Shown here: piece by piece, positions 19,777-30,637 of the stretch
Position numbering within the stretch: position 1 is the first letter of the stretch
Layout of the letters: the number at the start of each line of letters is the position of its first letter
From: Halobacteriovoraceae bacterium
GTDB taxonomy: Bacteria; Bdellovibrionota; Bacteriovoracia; Bacteriovoracales; Bacteriovoracaceae
NCBI GenBank assembly: GCA_963719505.1
Contig: CAVRCF010000002.1
Location: 192,001 to 256,000 of the forward strand
DNA length: 64,000 nt
Direction of reading: 5' to 3'
Made by a program: the position numbers and the translations under genes
Notes under the pieces: generated by a model
Told to the model about the DNA's origin: nothing
Seen by the model: the letters and a program-made list of their open reading frames with translations, nothing else
The model's database searches: none

Positions 19777-20977
19777 AGAAATATTAGGATTAATCTTAAT
19801 TCTTACTAGTTACACATGCTTTGGCTACACGTTTAGTGATGCAATAAAATCAATCGAATCACATGAAGTAATTGATAGTTTAAAGTTTGAGTCAAAAGCA
19901 TTGCATGAAGAGGGCAATTCTAAAGGATCATGGGGAGACCCCGTTTTTAGAGTCGCGGCGAAAAATTTTCCTAAAGACAATCTTAGTGATGATCAAACAC
20001 CTATGACAGGTATCGAGTTTGGAGTCTCTCAGAGAATCGCACTAACAACGAAATATGGAAATCTTAAAGAGGCGTTTAATTTGCTTGCTAAAGCAAAGAA
20101 AATGGAGGCTGTTGATAAAAAAGATGAACTTATTAAAAGTTTTTGGTTGATACTTATTAATACTAAAAGGCTCAAAGAAGAAGCAAAAATAGTTAATGAA
20201 AATATTAGTTGGATATCTAAAATTCTAAAGGTTTCAAAAAAACTATATTCTAACGGAAAAATTACACAGCAAGCATTATTAGATATTGAGATTAGAAAGA
20301 GTGAACTTGAAACATACTACAGTAATAAACAGTTTGAAATAGAGGCATTGTCGGATCAATTGTCATATCTTCTAAACTTTGAAGGAAAAAAAATAAATGA
20401 AAAATCAATTCCATGGAATTTATTAGATAAAAAGAAGACAGTTGCTCAAGACAATAAGGAACTTTCATTAAAATCTATCTCTAACGCTAAAAATAAAATC
20501 CTGAATGCTCAAAAATTAAATTATATTCCAGATTTAACGTTATCATTTGGTTACACAAAGAGATCCGACATCGATGACAATGGTGATTTTTTATCTGCTA
20601 TGGTTAGCTTTCCATTACCTTTTTCTTCAGTGAAATATGCTGAACATGATAGGGCATCATATGAAAAGTATTCTTCTGCTAAAAAACTAGACAACTATAA
20701 ACGATTTAAGCGAAGTGAGAAAAGACGAATAGAGACACTTCTAAATAAGTCTAAAAAAGAGTACCAAATCTTGTCTACGAAAACTGTTAAGTTTGCTGAT
20801 AACTCACGAAAGGTGACTTCTAAATCTTATACTCTCGGAAATACAAGTTATATTGAACTACTTCAATCGGAGCTAAAACTACAAAACCTACTTGTTCAAA
20901 AAACTAACGTATCTGCAAAGCTACTAGAACATAAAGTAAATCTAAAATATCTCATCGGAGAAAAGCTATATGAATAA
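19769..20977 (+). CDS. TolC/CusC-family outer-membrane protein
   Basis: Signal peptide, YIPDLTLSFGY, MVSFPLPF; precedes the adaptor and RND genes. Confidence 0.85.
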   Translation: MNKEILGLILILTSYTCFGYTFSDAIKSIESHEVIDSLKFESKALHEEGNSKGSWGDPVFRVAAKNFPKDNLSDDQTPMTGIEFGVSQRIALTTKYGNLKEAFNLLAKAKKMEAVDKKDELIKSFWLILINTKRLKEEAKIVNENISWISKILKVSKKLYSNGKITQQALLDIEIRKSELETYYSNKQFEIEALSDQLSYLLNFEGKKINEKSIPWNLLDKKKTVAQDNKELSLKSISNAKNKILNAQKLNYIPDLTLSFGYTKRSDIDDNGDFLSAMVSFPLPFSSVKYAEHDRASYEKYSSAKKLDNYKRFKRSEKRRIETLLNKSKKEYQILSTKTVKFADNSRKVTSKSYTLGNTSYIELLQSELKLQNLLVQKTNVSAKLLEHKVNLKYLIGEKLYE

Positions 20978-22340
20978 AATATATACACTAATTACACTTT
21001 TATTAATCCTTACTAGCTGTGATAAGGTAAGTTTTCATAAAGATCATTCTAAAGAGTCGGAAAGTAATACTAAAGTAGAGAGTTATTATACCTGTTCGAT
21101 GCACCCTCAAATTAAAGAAAGCTCACCTGGAAAATGTCCTATATGCCATATGAATCTCACTAAAGTAGAAGTCGATAATTCAGATGATGATATAGTTGAT
21201 ACTGCTAAAAGCTCAATAAAAGATCTATGGCAATGCCAAAGTTATCCAGATGTTACCAGTGAGGTTAAAGACATATGTCCCATAGATGGCACAGAGATGG
21301 TCAAGGTTGAAAGGCCAGATCTTGGTGGAATTGCAATCGCAAAAGTAAAACTTAGAAAATCTCAACTAAGTCATTTTAATCCAGCTTTCTTCCCCGTTAC
21401 AAATATGAAAATGAATAAAAATATTAGATTATTAGGCTCTGTAATGCAGTCAGAAATAAAAGAGAGTAATATACCAGCGAGAATTGATGGTAGAGTTGAA
21501 AAAGTTTACGTCGCATCAACAGGGAGCTTCATTAAAGAGGGAGATCCAGTTTTGGACCTATATAGCCCAAAGTTAATATCAGCTGGTGAAGAATATATTA
21601 TTGCTAGAAGGTCTTCAGAAACCTCTAAGGCAAAAGAATTCAAGGAAATGTATAAACAGAGTATTGAAAGACTTAAGCTATGGGGAATTAAAAATTCTCA
21701 GTTTGAATCATGGTACTTAACTAAAAAAGTTCCTAGAAGAATAACTATCTACTCACCATCTACAGGGATTGTAACCAAGAGAAATGCCATTGTAGGCAAA
21801 TATTTTAACGAAGGACAAAACTTTTTTGAAATTTCTGACTTATCCGATGTATGGGTAGAGATAGATGTTTATGAGCATGATGCATCATTAGTTAGTCTTG
21901 GTCAAAAGGTAAAGTTAGAGTTTTCATCACTTCCTGGGGAAGTTACCGAGGGAGAAATTGACTTTATTGCACCTGTGTTAGATAGCACTTCAAGAACTCT
22001 AAAAATTAGAACTACAATAAAAAATCCTAATGGAAAGCTCAAGCCCGGAATGGTTGCAGATGCAAAACTTGAAATCGATATTGAAGGAAAACCACTTGTC
22101 GTGCCAAGGTCAGCGATTATAGATACTGGAAAAAGAAAGGTTGTATGGATAAAAGTTTCTAAAAAACAATACCAAGCAAAAGTTATAAAAACCGGATATG
22201 AATCTGAGGGGTATGTTGAAGTCAAAAGTGGATTAATGAAAGGGGAAGAAGTTGTAATGGATGGAAACTTTCTTTTAGATGCGCAGGCTCAGTTATTTGG
22301 TGGTTATGAAGACTTTAAAAGCTCTGGACATAATCATTAA
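20970..22340 (+). CDS. cusB: CusB-family RND periplasmic adaptor with heavy-metal-binding domains
   Basis: YTCSMHPQI...CPICHM, LKPGM, VVPRSAIIDTG. Confidence 0.9.
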   Translation: MNKIYTLITLLLILTSCDKVSFHKDHSKESESNTKVESYYTCSMHPQIKESSPGKCPICHMNLTKVEVDNSDDDIVDTAKSSIKDLWQCQSYPDVTSEVKDICPIDGTEMVKVERPDLGGIAIAKVKLRKSQLSHFNPAFFPVTNMKMNKNIRLLGSVMQSEIKESNIPARIDGRVEKVYVASTGSFIKEGDPVLDLYSPKLISAGEEYIIARRSSETSKAKEFKEMYKQSIERLKLWGIKNSQFESWYLTKKVPRRITIYSPSTGIVTKRNAIVGKYFNEGQNFFEISDLSDVWVEIDVYEHDASLVSLGQKVKLEFSSLPGEVTEGEIDFIAPVLDSTSRTLKIRTTIKNPNGKLKPGMVADAKLEIDIEGKPLVVPRSAIIDTGKRKVVWIKVSKKQYQAKVIKTGYESEGYVEVKSGLMKGEEVVMDGNFLLDAQAQLFGGYEDFKSSGHNH

Positions 22341-22352
22341 AGGTAAATCACT

Positions 22353-25300
22353 ATGATTCAAAAATTAATTGAATATTCAATTCGAAATAGAATATTGGTC
22401 GTAATGATTTTTACACTAATTGCTCTTGGAGCAGTATTTAGTATGAAAACTGCAAGAGTAGATGCTATTCCCGATATTGGTGAAAATCAACAAGTCGTTT
22501 TCACTGAGTGGGCGGGAAGATCGCCTAAAGATATAGAAGAACAAGTTACATATCCTTTGAGTATTATGCTTCAGGGAATTCCAGGTGTAAAAAATATTAG
22601 AGGAATGTCTGCTTTTGGATTTTCAACAATCTATGTGATTTTCAGTGAAGATGTCGATTTCTATTGGTCTAGATCACGTGTTCTTGAAAAGTTAGCAACT
22701 GCAAGCTCAATTGTTCCAGAAGGTGTTACTCCTCAGATGGGGCCAGATGCTACTGGTTTAGGGCAGATTTATTGGTACACAATTGAAAATGATATTAATT
22801 CAAAAAGCCCAAAGTCTTTGTCAGAGCTCCGATCAATACAAGATTTCTATGTACGCTATCTTCTTCAAGGAGTTGAAGGTGTTAGCGAGGTTGCAAGTGT
22901 TGGTGGGTTTGTAAAAGAGTATCAGATTGACGTCGATCCAAAAAAATTATTTGCTTATGATATACACTTTAGCAAACTTTTAGATTCTATTAAAGAGAGT
23001 AATGTGGATGTTGGAGCTGAAGTCATTGAGGACGGAGCTAGAGAATTTATTGTTAGAGGAAAAGGTTTTTTTAAATCATTAAGTGATATTGAAAACGTAG
23101 TTGTAGCTATAAAAAACAAGACACCAATTCGGATTAAAGATATTGCGACGGTTGGACTTGGACCAGGTTTCAGAAGAGGAGCTCTTGATAAAAATGGTGT
23201 CGAAGCTGTTGGCGGTGTAGTAACGATGAGATTTGGTGAAAATCCTAAGCTCGTTATTGATAAGGTTAAGAAAAGGCTAGAGGTTATAAAGTCTGGATTA
23301 CCTGAAGGTGTGTCACTAGTACCTTTTTACGACAGAACTAAGCTAATTGAAAATACTATTGGAACTGTTTACTCAGCACTCAGTGAAGAAATTATTATTA
23401 CAATCGTTGTAATTCTTTTATTCTTACTTCACTTTAAATCATCAATTCTTGTTTCTCTTACTCTTCCATTTGGAGTGGGTATAAGTTTTATTTTAATGAA
23501 GGTTATTGGTATTGATTCTAATGTGATGAGCTTGTCTGGAATGGTGATCGCTATTGGCTCGATGGTTGATATGGGTATTATTATGACTGAGAATATTTAT
23601 TCTCATCTAAGCGAGAAACCTCAATCGAATAAAAAAGAAAGAATTGAAATTATTATTAGATCTGCTAGAGAAGTTGGACCAGCGATACTAACAGCAGTAA
23701 TGACAACAATTGTCACATTCTTACCAGTATTTGGCTTAGAAGGAAGTGAAGGTAAACTTTTTGGTCCATTGGCATGGGCAAAAACATTGGCCATGTTCGG
23801 TTCCGTTGTTGTGGCAATTATTCTTATACCGGCACTATCGGTTTTTATGTTAAACGGTAAGTTAAGACCAATTGAAAAAAATAAAGTTAGTACGCTAATT
23901 TTGAATTTTTATAAACCATCATTACGGTGGGTATTAGGTAACAGGAAGACTTTCTTAATTGCTCCATTTGTATTGTTGTGTCTTGGAGGCTTAGCTTTTG
24001 TAAATTTAGGAAAAGAATTTATGCCTTCACTTAATGAAGGTGACATCTTATATATGCCAACAACTACACCGGATATAAGTCTTACTAAAGCAAAAGAGTT
24101 ACTTTCTTATACAGACAAAATTTTAAACAATCACCCACTAGTTGAGTTTGCTGTTGGAAAGCTTGGGAGAGCTGATACTGCAATTGATCCAGCTCCAGTC
24201 TCTATGTTTGAAACAGTTGTTAAGCTGGTTGATAAAGATAAGTGGCCAAAAGGAAAAAGTATTTATCAAATCATGGAAGACCTAGATCAAGAGTTACAAA
24301 TCCCAGGTCTAGTGAATTCATGGGATTTTCCAATTCAAACACGAATTGGAATGATTTCAACTGGTATTAAAACACAAGTCGGTATTAAAATATTTGGACC
24401 AAACATAAAAACTCTTGAAAAGTTAGCTTCAACTATTGGAGAAGAGGTTGAAAAAGTAAAGGGGGCTTATGGAGTTTATGCTGAACAAATAACAGGTAAG
24501 CCTTATATCGAGTTTAATATCGATAGAATTGCAGCAAGTCGCTATGGAATAAACACTGGAACTATTAATAAAATCCTCCAAACAGCAGTTGGAGGAATGA
24601 AAATTGGACAATTTTATGATGGTAGGGAACGCTATCCAATACGAGTTAGATATAAAAAAGAATTTAGAGATAGAATCGATGAACTAAAAAGAGTATTAGT
24701 TCCAAGCCCACTAGGTCAACATATTCCATTAGAACAATTAGCTGATGTGAAAATCGTTACTGGTCCAGCTGCTATTCAATCTGAAAATGGACTTTTAAGG
24801 TCTATGGTCTTATTAAATGTAAAGGATAGAGACTTAATTGGTTTTGTAGAGGAAGCTAAAGAGACGATATCAAAAACAGTAGATTTGCCAAAAGGGTACT
24901 CCGTCGTCTGGGCCGGACAATACGAAAACCAAGTTAGAGCAACCGATAGATTAAAACTATTAGTTCCTATCGCTTTAATTATTAATCTACTTATTATTTA
25001 CTTAGGTATAAAAAATCTTCGAAACTCAGCAATCATTTTCAGTGCAATCCCAATCGCTATGGCGGGGGGACTGATCTTGTTGTGGGTAGGTGGTTTCAAC
25101 ACATCTGTTGCCGTTTGGGTAGGGTTTATAGCCTTATTTGGAATAGCTGTAGATGATGGTGTTTTAATGATGACTTATTTGCAAGAAGCTATCAAAAAGA
25201 ATTCTCCTAAGAACTGGTTTGAACTAAGAGATTGTATAGTTGAAGCTGGTTCAAGAAGAATTAGACCTCTTGTCATGACTACGACCACTACTTGCGTGGC

Positions 25301-25481
25301 ACTTATACCTATCATGTGGGCCACTTCTACAGGTAGTGAAGTCATGAAGCCAATGGCAATACCTACCTTAGGTGGAATGTTGGTAGAATTAATTACTTTA
25401 TTTATAGTTCCAGTTACATTTAGTTATTTTGAACAAAAACATATCGAACAAGGAGAAGAATATGACATGTCCAAATTGTGA
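22353..25481 (+). CDS. cusA: CusA Cu(I)/Ag(I) RND permease
   Basis: DAIPDIGENQ, GPDATGLG, EFMPSLNEGDILYMP, DPAPVSMFET (Met ligand motifs). Confidence 0.93.
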   Translation: MIQKLIEYSIRNRILVVMIFTLIALGAVFSMKTARVDAIPDIGENQQVVFTEWAGRSPKDIEEQVTYPLSIMLQGIPGVKNIRGMSAFGFSTIYVIFSEDVDFYWSRSRVLEKLATASSIVPEGVTPQMGPDATGLGQIYWYTIENDINSKSPKSLSELRSIQDFYVRYLLQGVEGVSEVASVGGFVKEYQIDVDPKKLFAYDIHFSKLLDSIKESNVDVGAEVIEDGAREFIVRGKGFFKSLSDIENVVVAIKNKTPIRIKDIATVGLGPGFRRGALDKNGVEAVGGVVTMRFGENPKLVIDKVKKRLEVIKSGLPEGVSLVPFYDRTKLIENTIGTVYSALSEEIIITIVVILLFLLHFKSSILVSLTLPFGVGISFILMKVIGIDSNVMSLSGMVIAIGSMVDMGIIMTENIYSHLSEKPQSNKKERIEIIIRSAREVGPAILTAVMTTIVTFLPVFGLEGSEGKLFGPLAWAKTLAMFGSVVVAIILIPALSVFMLNGKLRPIEKNKVSTLILNFYKPSLRWVLGNRKTFLIAPFVLLCLGGLAFVNLGKEFMPSLNEGDILYMPTTTPDISLTKAKELLSYTDKILNNHPLVEFAVGKLGRADTAIDPAPVSMFETVVKLVDKDKWPKGKSIYQIMEDLDQELQIPGLVNSWDFPIQTRIGMISTGIKTQVGIKIFGPNIKTLEKLASTIGEEVEKVKGAYGVYAEQITGKPYIEFNIDRIAASRYGINTGTINKILQTAVGGMKIGQFYDGRERYPIRVRYKKEFRDRIDELKRVLVPSPLGQHIPLEQLADVKIVTGPAAIQSENGLLRSMVLLNVKDRDLIGFVEEAKETISKTVDLPKGYSVVWAGQYENQVRATDRLKLLVPIALIINLLIIYLGIKNLRNSAIIFSAIPIAMAGGLILLWVGGFNTSVAVWVGFIALFGIAVDDGVLMMTYLQEAIKKNSPKNWFELRDCIVEAGSRRIRPLVMTTTTTCVALIPIMWATSTGSEVMKPMAIPTLGGMLVELITLFIVPVTFSYFEQKHIEQGEEYDMSKL

Positions 25482-26040
25482 AAAAAAGTTTTCGATTAAA
25501 AAGATGTTTCTTACTTTAACATTGATTGGAGTTGGTCTCTACAGTTTAAAAACTTTTGCCTCAGGATCTGAGCACAAGATGAATAACGGTGATCAAATAA
25601 AGATGAATGATCAAACTCGTAAAAGCTTAGATGAAAAGTCAAAAGGGCAAGTTATGGCTGTCTTAAGAATCAATGAGAAGTTACATGATTCCTTTTATAC
25701 TTATGATAAAGAGAGTATTGAAGTCAATGCTAAGAAGCTAAAAGAGTCAATTGATGAGGTTTCAAACCCAGAAATATCAAAGTTATTAAAATTCTCACAA
25801 GGAAAGCTCAGTAACATAAAATCCTCTAATGATAGAGAGACTAATAATAAAAATTATCATCTAGTATCTATGGCACTAATTCATATAATCAACACATATA
25901 ATGTAGGTAAAGACTATAATGCTTACTCTTGTCCTATGGTTAAAAAGAAGTGGCTTCAAAACTCAAAAAAAGTATCAAAAATTCACAACCCTTATGCACC
26001 AGGTATGCCACATTGTGGAAGTCAAGATTCGAGTTATTAA
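25462..26040 (+). CDS. DUF3347-like periplasmic metal-binding protein
   Basis: YSCPMVKKKWLQ...IHNPY..GMPHCG; start after AGGAG. Confidence 0.75.
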   Translation: MTCPNCEKKFSIKKMFLTLTLIGVGLYSLKTFASGSEHKMNNGDQIKMNDQTRKSLDEKSKGQVMAVLRINEKLHDSFYTYDKESIEVNAKKLKESIDEVSNPEISKLLKFSQGKLSNIKSSNDRETNNKNYHLVSMALIHIINTYNVGKDYNAYSCPMVKKKWLQNSKKVSKIHNPYAPGMPHCGSQDSSY

Positions 26041-26063
26041 TATAGATCTACAAAGGAAGTAGT

Positions 26064-26390
26064 ATGAAATTATTTATAGTATCAAGTTTAAGTCTGTTTC
26101 TATTGAGCTCATGTTCTCACCATCATAAACAAGATGGAGGACACCATCATCATAAGTGTATGCAAAGTTGTGAAATGCACAGTAAAAAGGGTGAAGCGTT
26201 TAATAAGCACTGCGCAATGTCTATGGCAATGGGAGATATCCATGTTGCCGGTAGTGAAGATTATAAAATTGTTCACGGCGGTGAAACCTATTATTTCTCA
26301 ACTAAAGAAAAAATGATTGAGTTTAGAAAAAATATAAATAAAAATATACAGCGAGCGAATCGCTTCTGGACAGTTGGTGACAAGCGATAG
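26064..26390 (+). CDS. His-rich YHS-like domain lipoprotein
   Basis: Lipobox LSSC, HHH tracts, HGGETYYFST; paralogue of 13358..13687. Confidence 0.7.
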   Translation: MKLFIVSSLSLFLLSSCSHHHKQDGGHHHHKCMQSCEMHSKKGEAFNKHCAMSMAMGDIHVAGSEDYKIVHGGETYYFSTKEKMIEFRKNINKNIQRANRFWTVGDKR

Positions 26391-26426
26391 GGATTGAGTT
26401 TTTAAGCTAAGTAGAATGTTATTTTT

Positions 26427-26464
26427 CTTGTAAGAATGTTTAAAAAACTAAACATTCTTACAAG
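26427..26464. terminator. 16-bp perfect inverted repeat after the cus-like operon
   Basis: CTTGTAAGAATGTTTA-aaaaac-TAAACATTCTTACAAG. Confidence 0.55.
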
Positions 26465-26472
26465 TGACATGC

Positions 26473-26489
26473 ATACCCCCCTGGTGTAT
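26473..26489. promoter_or_regulatory. CsoR-type operator
   Basis: ATACCCCCCTGGTGTAT upstream of multicopper oxidase 1. Confidence 0.65.
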
Positions 26490-26512
26490 ACTCCGTTTAA
26501 AGGAGTTACTCA

Positions 26513-28760
26513 ATGTTTTTTAAGTTATCTATTCTAATACTGATCACTTTAAGTTCAAATTTACAGGCTAAGACAAAAAAGTATACTTTAACTATTACTA
26601 AAGGCGATTATCAGGTTGGCAATAATATCTATAAAGATAGAATTCTTGTAAATGGCTCAATGCCAGCTCCTGAGTTAATATTTACTGAAGGCCAAACTGC
26701 AAAGATTAAGGTTATAAATAAGCTTAAAGATAAAACACTAATCCACTGGCATGGTTTACTAATAAAAAATGATCAGGATGGTGTGCCCTACGTTAATTCA
26801 ATGCCCATAGAACCATTTTCTGAAAAGACTTATGAATTCAAATTAATTCAATCCGGTACTTATTGGTACCACTCTCATGTAATGTATCAAGAAGAGGACG
26901 GCCTATATGGGGCTTTCACTATTTATCCTAAAAAAGGGAAAAGTAACTTACCAGAAAAAACAGTTATCTTGTCTGATCTTTCTCATGATGGAGGAGAAAC
27001 GATTCAAAAGAATTTAAAAAAACAGGGTGAATATTACGACGTTAAAAAAGGCACAGTTCAGTCATGGCTAAAAGCTTTTCAAACTAGTAACGTATCAACA
27101 AAGTTTAGAAACAGTTTTCAGCGAATGGAAGGCATGGACTATGCTGATATTGCTTATGATGAATTTATAGCAAATGGAAATCCTCAAATTAAATTGTTTG
27201 AAAATCTCGATTACAATAAAAATAATAAAGTAAAGCTAAGGATCATTAACGGTTCTGCAACAAGCATATACAAGCTCACTTATGGAGGAGATTATATTAC
27301 TGTTATTGGTGCTGACGGTCTAGATGTTGAGCCTGTTAAGGTTAAATCACTTCCAATTAGTGTTGCTGAAACATACGATATTCTACTCAATGTTGAAAAT
27401 AATAAAACTCTAGAACTTAGAGCAACCTCTATAGATAATACGGGAAAAGCTTCAATGCTTATTGGTAATAGTACTGATGAATTTGTAAGTGCCTCTGAGA
27501 TGCCTTGGGAACATCCAATCGCAGTCTCTATGGGAGAGATGATGGGCATGAAGGAAATGGGGTTCTTTTCTGGGCTTTTAATGAATTATAGAAACGAGTT
27601 TAAAGATATACCTAAAGATATAGAGTATTTGATTTTAGAGAATTACTCATATCCTGATATGAAAACTTTAAAGCCTATGATGAATGAAATGAGTCATATG
27701 GACATGCAAAAGTCTAAAGAGCAATCTTTTAGAATTATGAATAGGAATGAAGATATAAGAGAAAGTAATGTTTTAAAGAATAGTAAGCAAAACGAAGAAG
27801 TCTATAAAGAACTTACTTATGGTTTGTTAAAGGATGTTGAACCCATACAGATCAAAAAAAATCAAAAACTAAGAGTCGTAAACTTCACACTCAACGGAAA
27901 TATGAATAGATACATATGGTCGATAAATGGAAGGCCTGTTGGCCCAGAAAACTTATATAAAAATAAATAAAGGTGAAAGAGTAAGATTCGTTATGAAAAA
28001 TACAACAATGATGAACCATCCTATGCATCTTCATGGACATTTTTTCAGAGTAATGACTAACCAAAGAAAATGGTCTGTGAAAAAACATACTGTGAATGTT
28101 GCACCTCTGGATCAAGTTGTAATTGAGTTTGATGCGAATGAAGAAAAGGATTGGTTTTTTCACTGTCATATTCTTTATCATATGATGGGAGGTATGACTC
28201 GGATAGTTCGCTACGAGAATAACCCAGGATCTATTAAGTTGGAAAAAGCCAGAGAAGAATCTGAAGAATTCAATTTTGCAGATAAATACTTTTTGCGTTC
28301 AAGAAATTTTATTCAAAATAATTACTTTAGAACTGAAACATCTTTATTTAATTCATTTTATGCTTTTGATTTTGATATATTGGGGAATTACGATGGAAAT
28401 ATGGAAGGAGAGGTTCATGTTTCAAGAATTCTAACAAGGTATTTAGAACCGTATATTGGTGTGAAAACTGAGGCTGAGGAGGGAATCTATAAGTCTACGC
28501 CAACAGTGGGATTTACTTGGGTACTTCCATTAAATATATCAATCGACCTAAAATATCAGCCTGAGTTAGAGAAAGATTTTGAATTAGAGTTTGAAAGTGA
28601 AATACAATTAACTTCAAAGCTACAATTTAATTACGAATACAGTTCAATTCGTAACTTTTATAGTGAACTAGAGTATCGACAGACAAAGAATTTGTCGTTT
28701 GTTACTAGTTATAACAGGACATACAATAAATGGGGACTGGGCCTCGGATACACTTATTAA
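26513..28760 (+). CDS. Multicopper oxidase (CopA/PcoA-like) with C-terminal beta-rich domain; one frameshift near 27950
   Basis: IHWHG and WYHSH in ORF 26513-27970; HPMHLHGH and HCHILYHM in ORF 27927-28760. Confidence 0.88.
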
Positions 28761-28784
28761 TAAAGACATAAATTTAGGAGTAAT

Positions 28785-29510
28785 ATGAAAGCAAAATTAT
28801 ATAGAATGGTTACAAATGAGCATATTTGTCCTTACGGAATAAAGTCTAAGGATCTTCTCAAAAGTGAGGGGTACGACGTAGAAGATGTACACCTTACAAC
28901 AAGAGAAGAGACAGACTCTTTTAAATCAAAATACGATGTTAAAACCACACCTCAAACTTTTATTGATGATAAGAGAGTGGGAGGTTATGACGATTTGGTG
29001 AAGCATTTTAATCGTTCCACATTAAAACAGGAGGGAACGACTTATCAGCCAATCATAGCAGTGTTTTCAACTACTTTGTTTATGTCCTTGGCTTTAGTGT
29101 TCTCAAGTTCAAAATCATTAACTTTTATTCCTGTTTTGGAGTATTTCATTGCTACTAGTATGTGCGTTTTAGCTATATTGAAATTACGTGATTTATACAC
29201 TTTTTCTAATAGCTTCATTACTTATGATGTCATAGGGAAGCGATTTGTAAAATATGCTTATATTTATCCCTTCGCTGAAATGATCGCGGGAGTTGGAATG
29301 TTATCAGGGTTACTTACTCCGTACGTAGCATCAATTTCAATCTTTATTGGAATGGTAGGAAGTATCTCTGTTGTAAAAGCTGTTTATATTGAAAAGCGAG
29401 ATTTGAAGTGTGCGTGTGTTGGAGGAGATAGTAATGTTCCATTGGGATTTATATCTCTAACTGAAAATATTATGATGCTTGGAATGGGAATTTGGATGTT
29501 GATTAAATAA
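28785..29510 (+). CDS. Glutaredoxin-MauE/DoxX fusion membrane protein
   Basis: CPYG, TTPQTFI...VGGYDDL, CACVGG...VPLGF. Confidence 0.88.
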   Translation: MKAKLYRMVTNEHICPYGIKSKDLLKSEGYDVEDVHLTTREETDSFKSKYDVKTTPQTFIDDKRVGGYDDLVKHFNRSTLKQEGTTYQPIIAVFSTTLFMSLALVFSSSKSLTFIPVLEYFIATSMCVLAILKLRDLYTFSNSFITYDVIGKRFVKYAYIYPFAEMIAGVGMLSGLLTPYVASISIFIGMVGSISVVKAVYIEKRDLKCACVGGDSNVPLGFISLTENIMMLGMGIWMLIK

Positions 29511-29532
29511 TTAATATAATAAGGAGAAAAAG

Positions 29533-29856
29533 ATGAAAAAAATTGTTTTAATTTTATGTTTATCTAGTTTTAATGTGTTTGCTTTCAATGTAAGCGAACA
29601 AGATATTGTGGATAACCTACTATTATCAGACAAAGCGTTGAACTCTTACATTTCTACTGTTGAAAGCACAAAAGGTGTAAAATGTCAGTTGATGAAAGAG
29701 TTAACTTCAGTTTATCCATTTTCAAATGGAGCTTTAGGCTTTACTACAAGTTTTGAGTGTTACAATGCTATGAATGAGTTAATTTTCGATTATTTAGTTA
29801 AGGGTGATATATTCTCAAAAACTGATTTTGTATCAACTCGAATTACAACTTTATAA
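29533..29856 (+). CDS. Hypothetical secreted protein
   Basis: AAGGAG RBS and signal peptide. Confidence 0.7.
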   Translation: MKKIVLILCLSSFNVFAFNVSEQDIVDNLLLSDKALNSYISTVESTKGVKCQLMKELTSVYPFSNGALGFTTSFECYNAMNELIFDYLVKGDIFSKTDFVSTRITTL

Positions 29857-29877
29857 TACTGAAAACTAAATGTATCT

Positions 29878-29908
29878 AAAGCCAGCTTGTCTGTAATAGG
29901 CTGGTTTT
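29878..29908 (+). terminator. Rho-independent terminator
   Basis: AAAGCCAGCTT...AGGCTGGTTTT. Confidence 0.6.
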
Positions 29909-29981
29909 AAGACATAAAATAAGTATAAATAAGAATACTCTATACTATAAATCTACAATGGAGAATTTACCTACTCCTTTT

Positions 29982-29998
29982 ATACCCACTGGGGGTAT
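29982..29998. promoter_or_regulatory. CsoR-type operator
   Basis: ATACCCACTGGGGGTAT upstream of the SpoU-like gene. Confidence 0.7.
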
Positions 29999-30109
29999 GG
30001 TATGCTTGATTTCATATAATCTATAAAACAGCGAATTAAGTTGTGATTTTGATCAATGCAGTTTCTCTGTAACTTATTGATAAGAATACACTTAGATAAG
30101 GTGATGTAA

Positions 30110-30637
30110 ATGAATAGTGATACTTATGGTAAAAGCCAAGAATTGATTGTTGTACTAGAAAACCCTCATAGTGTAATCCAATTAAGCAAGATGGTTGAAA
30201 GTGTAATCAGGCTTGGAGCTGATCGTTTATATGTTGTTGACAATAGAAAGCCTTTACCTGATGACTGGAAAGTTTTTTATTATGAGCAGTCAAAATTAAA
30301 GTCTTCCTCTTCAAACATAAACTCAAATCTTACAAAGCGATTTAATGGTACACATGAATGTTTTGATGAGTTACTCAAAAAAGGTTTTGTTTCTATTGCA
30401 GCCACTACAAGTATACATGATAAAGAGTTTTATAATTTAGATGAGGTTAATTATGCAGATATTGAGAAACTAGCAATATGGTTTGGAAGTGAAACGGGAG
30501 GTATTAGTGAGGATGTTCTCGTTAGAAGTAACTGCATAATAACTGTTCCTACAGTTGGCTTTGTAGAAGTTATTAATACAGCGACTTTAATTAGCCAGGT
30601 TCTGTATGAAGTTTCTAGTCAGACACGAAAAGCATAG
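30110..30637 (+). CDS. SpoU/TrmH-family RNA methyltransferase-like protein (degenerate motif 1)
   Basis: IVVLENP, AIWFGSETGGIS, ITVPTVGFVEVIN. Confidence 0.8.
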   Translation: MNSDTYGKSQELIVVLENPHSVIQLSKMVESVIRLGADRLYVVDNRKPLPDDWKVFYYEQSKLKSSSSNINSNLTKRFNGTHECFDELLKKGFVSIAATTSIHDKEFYNLDEVNYADIEKLAIWFGSETGGISEDVLVRSNCIITVPTVGFVEVINTATLISQVLYEVSSQTRKA

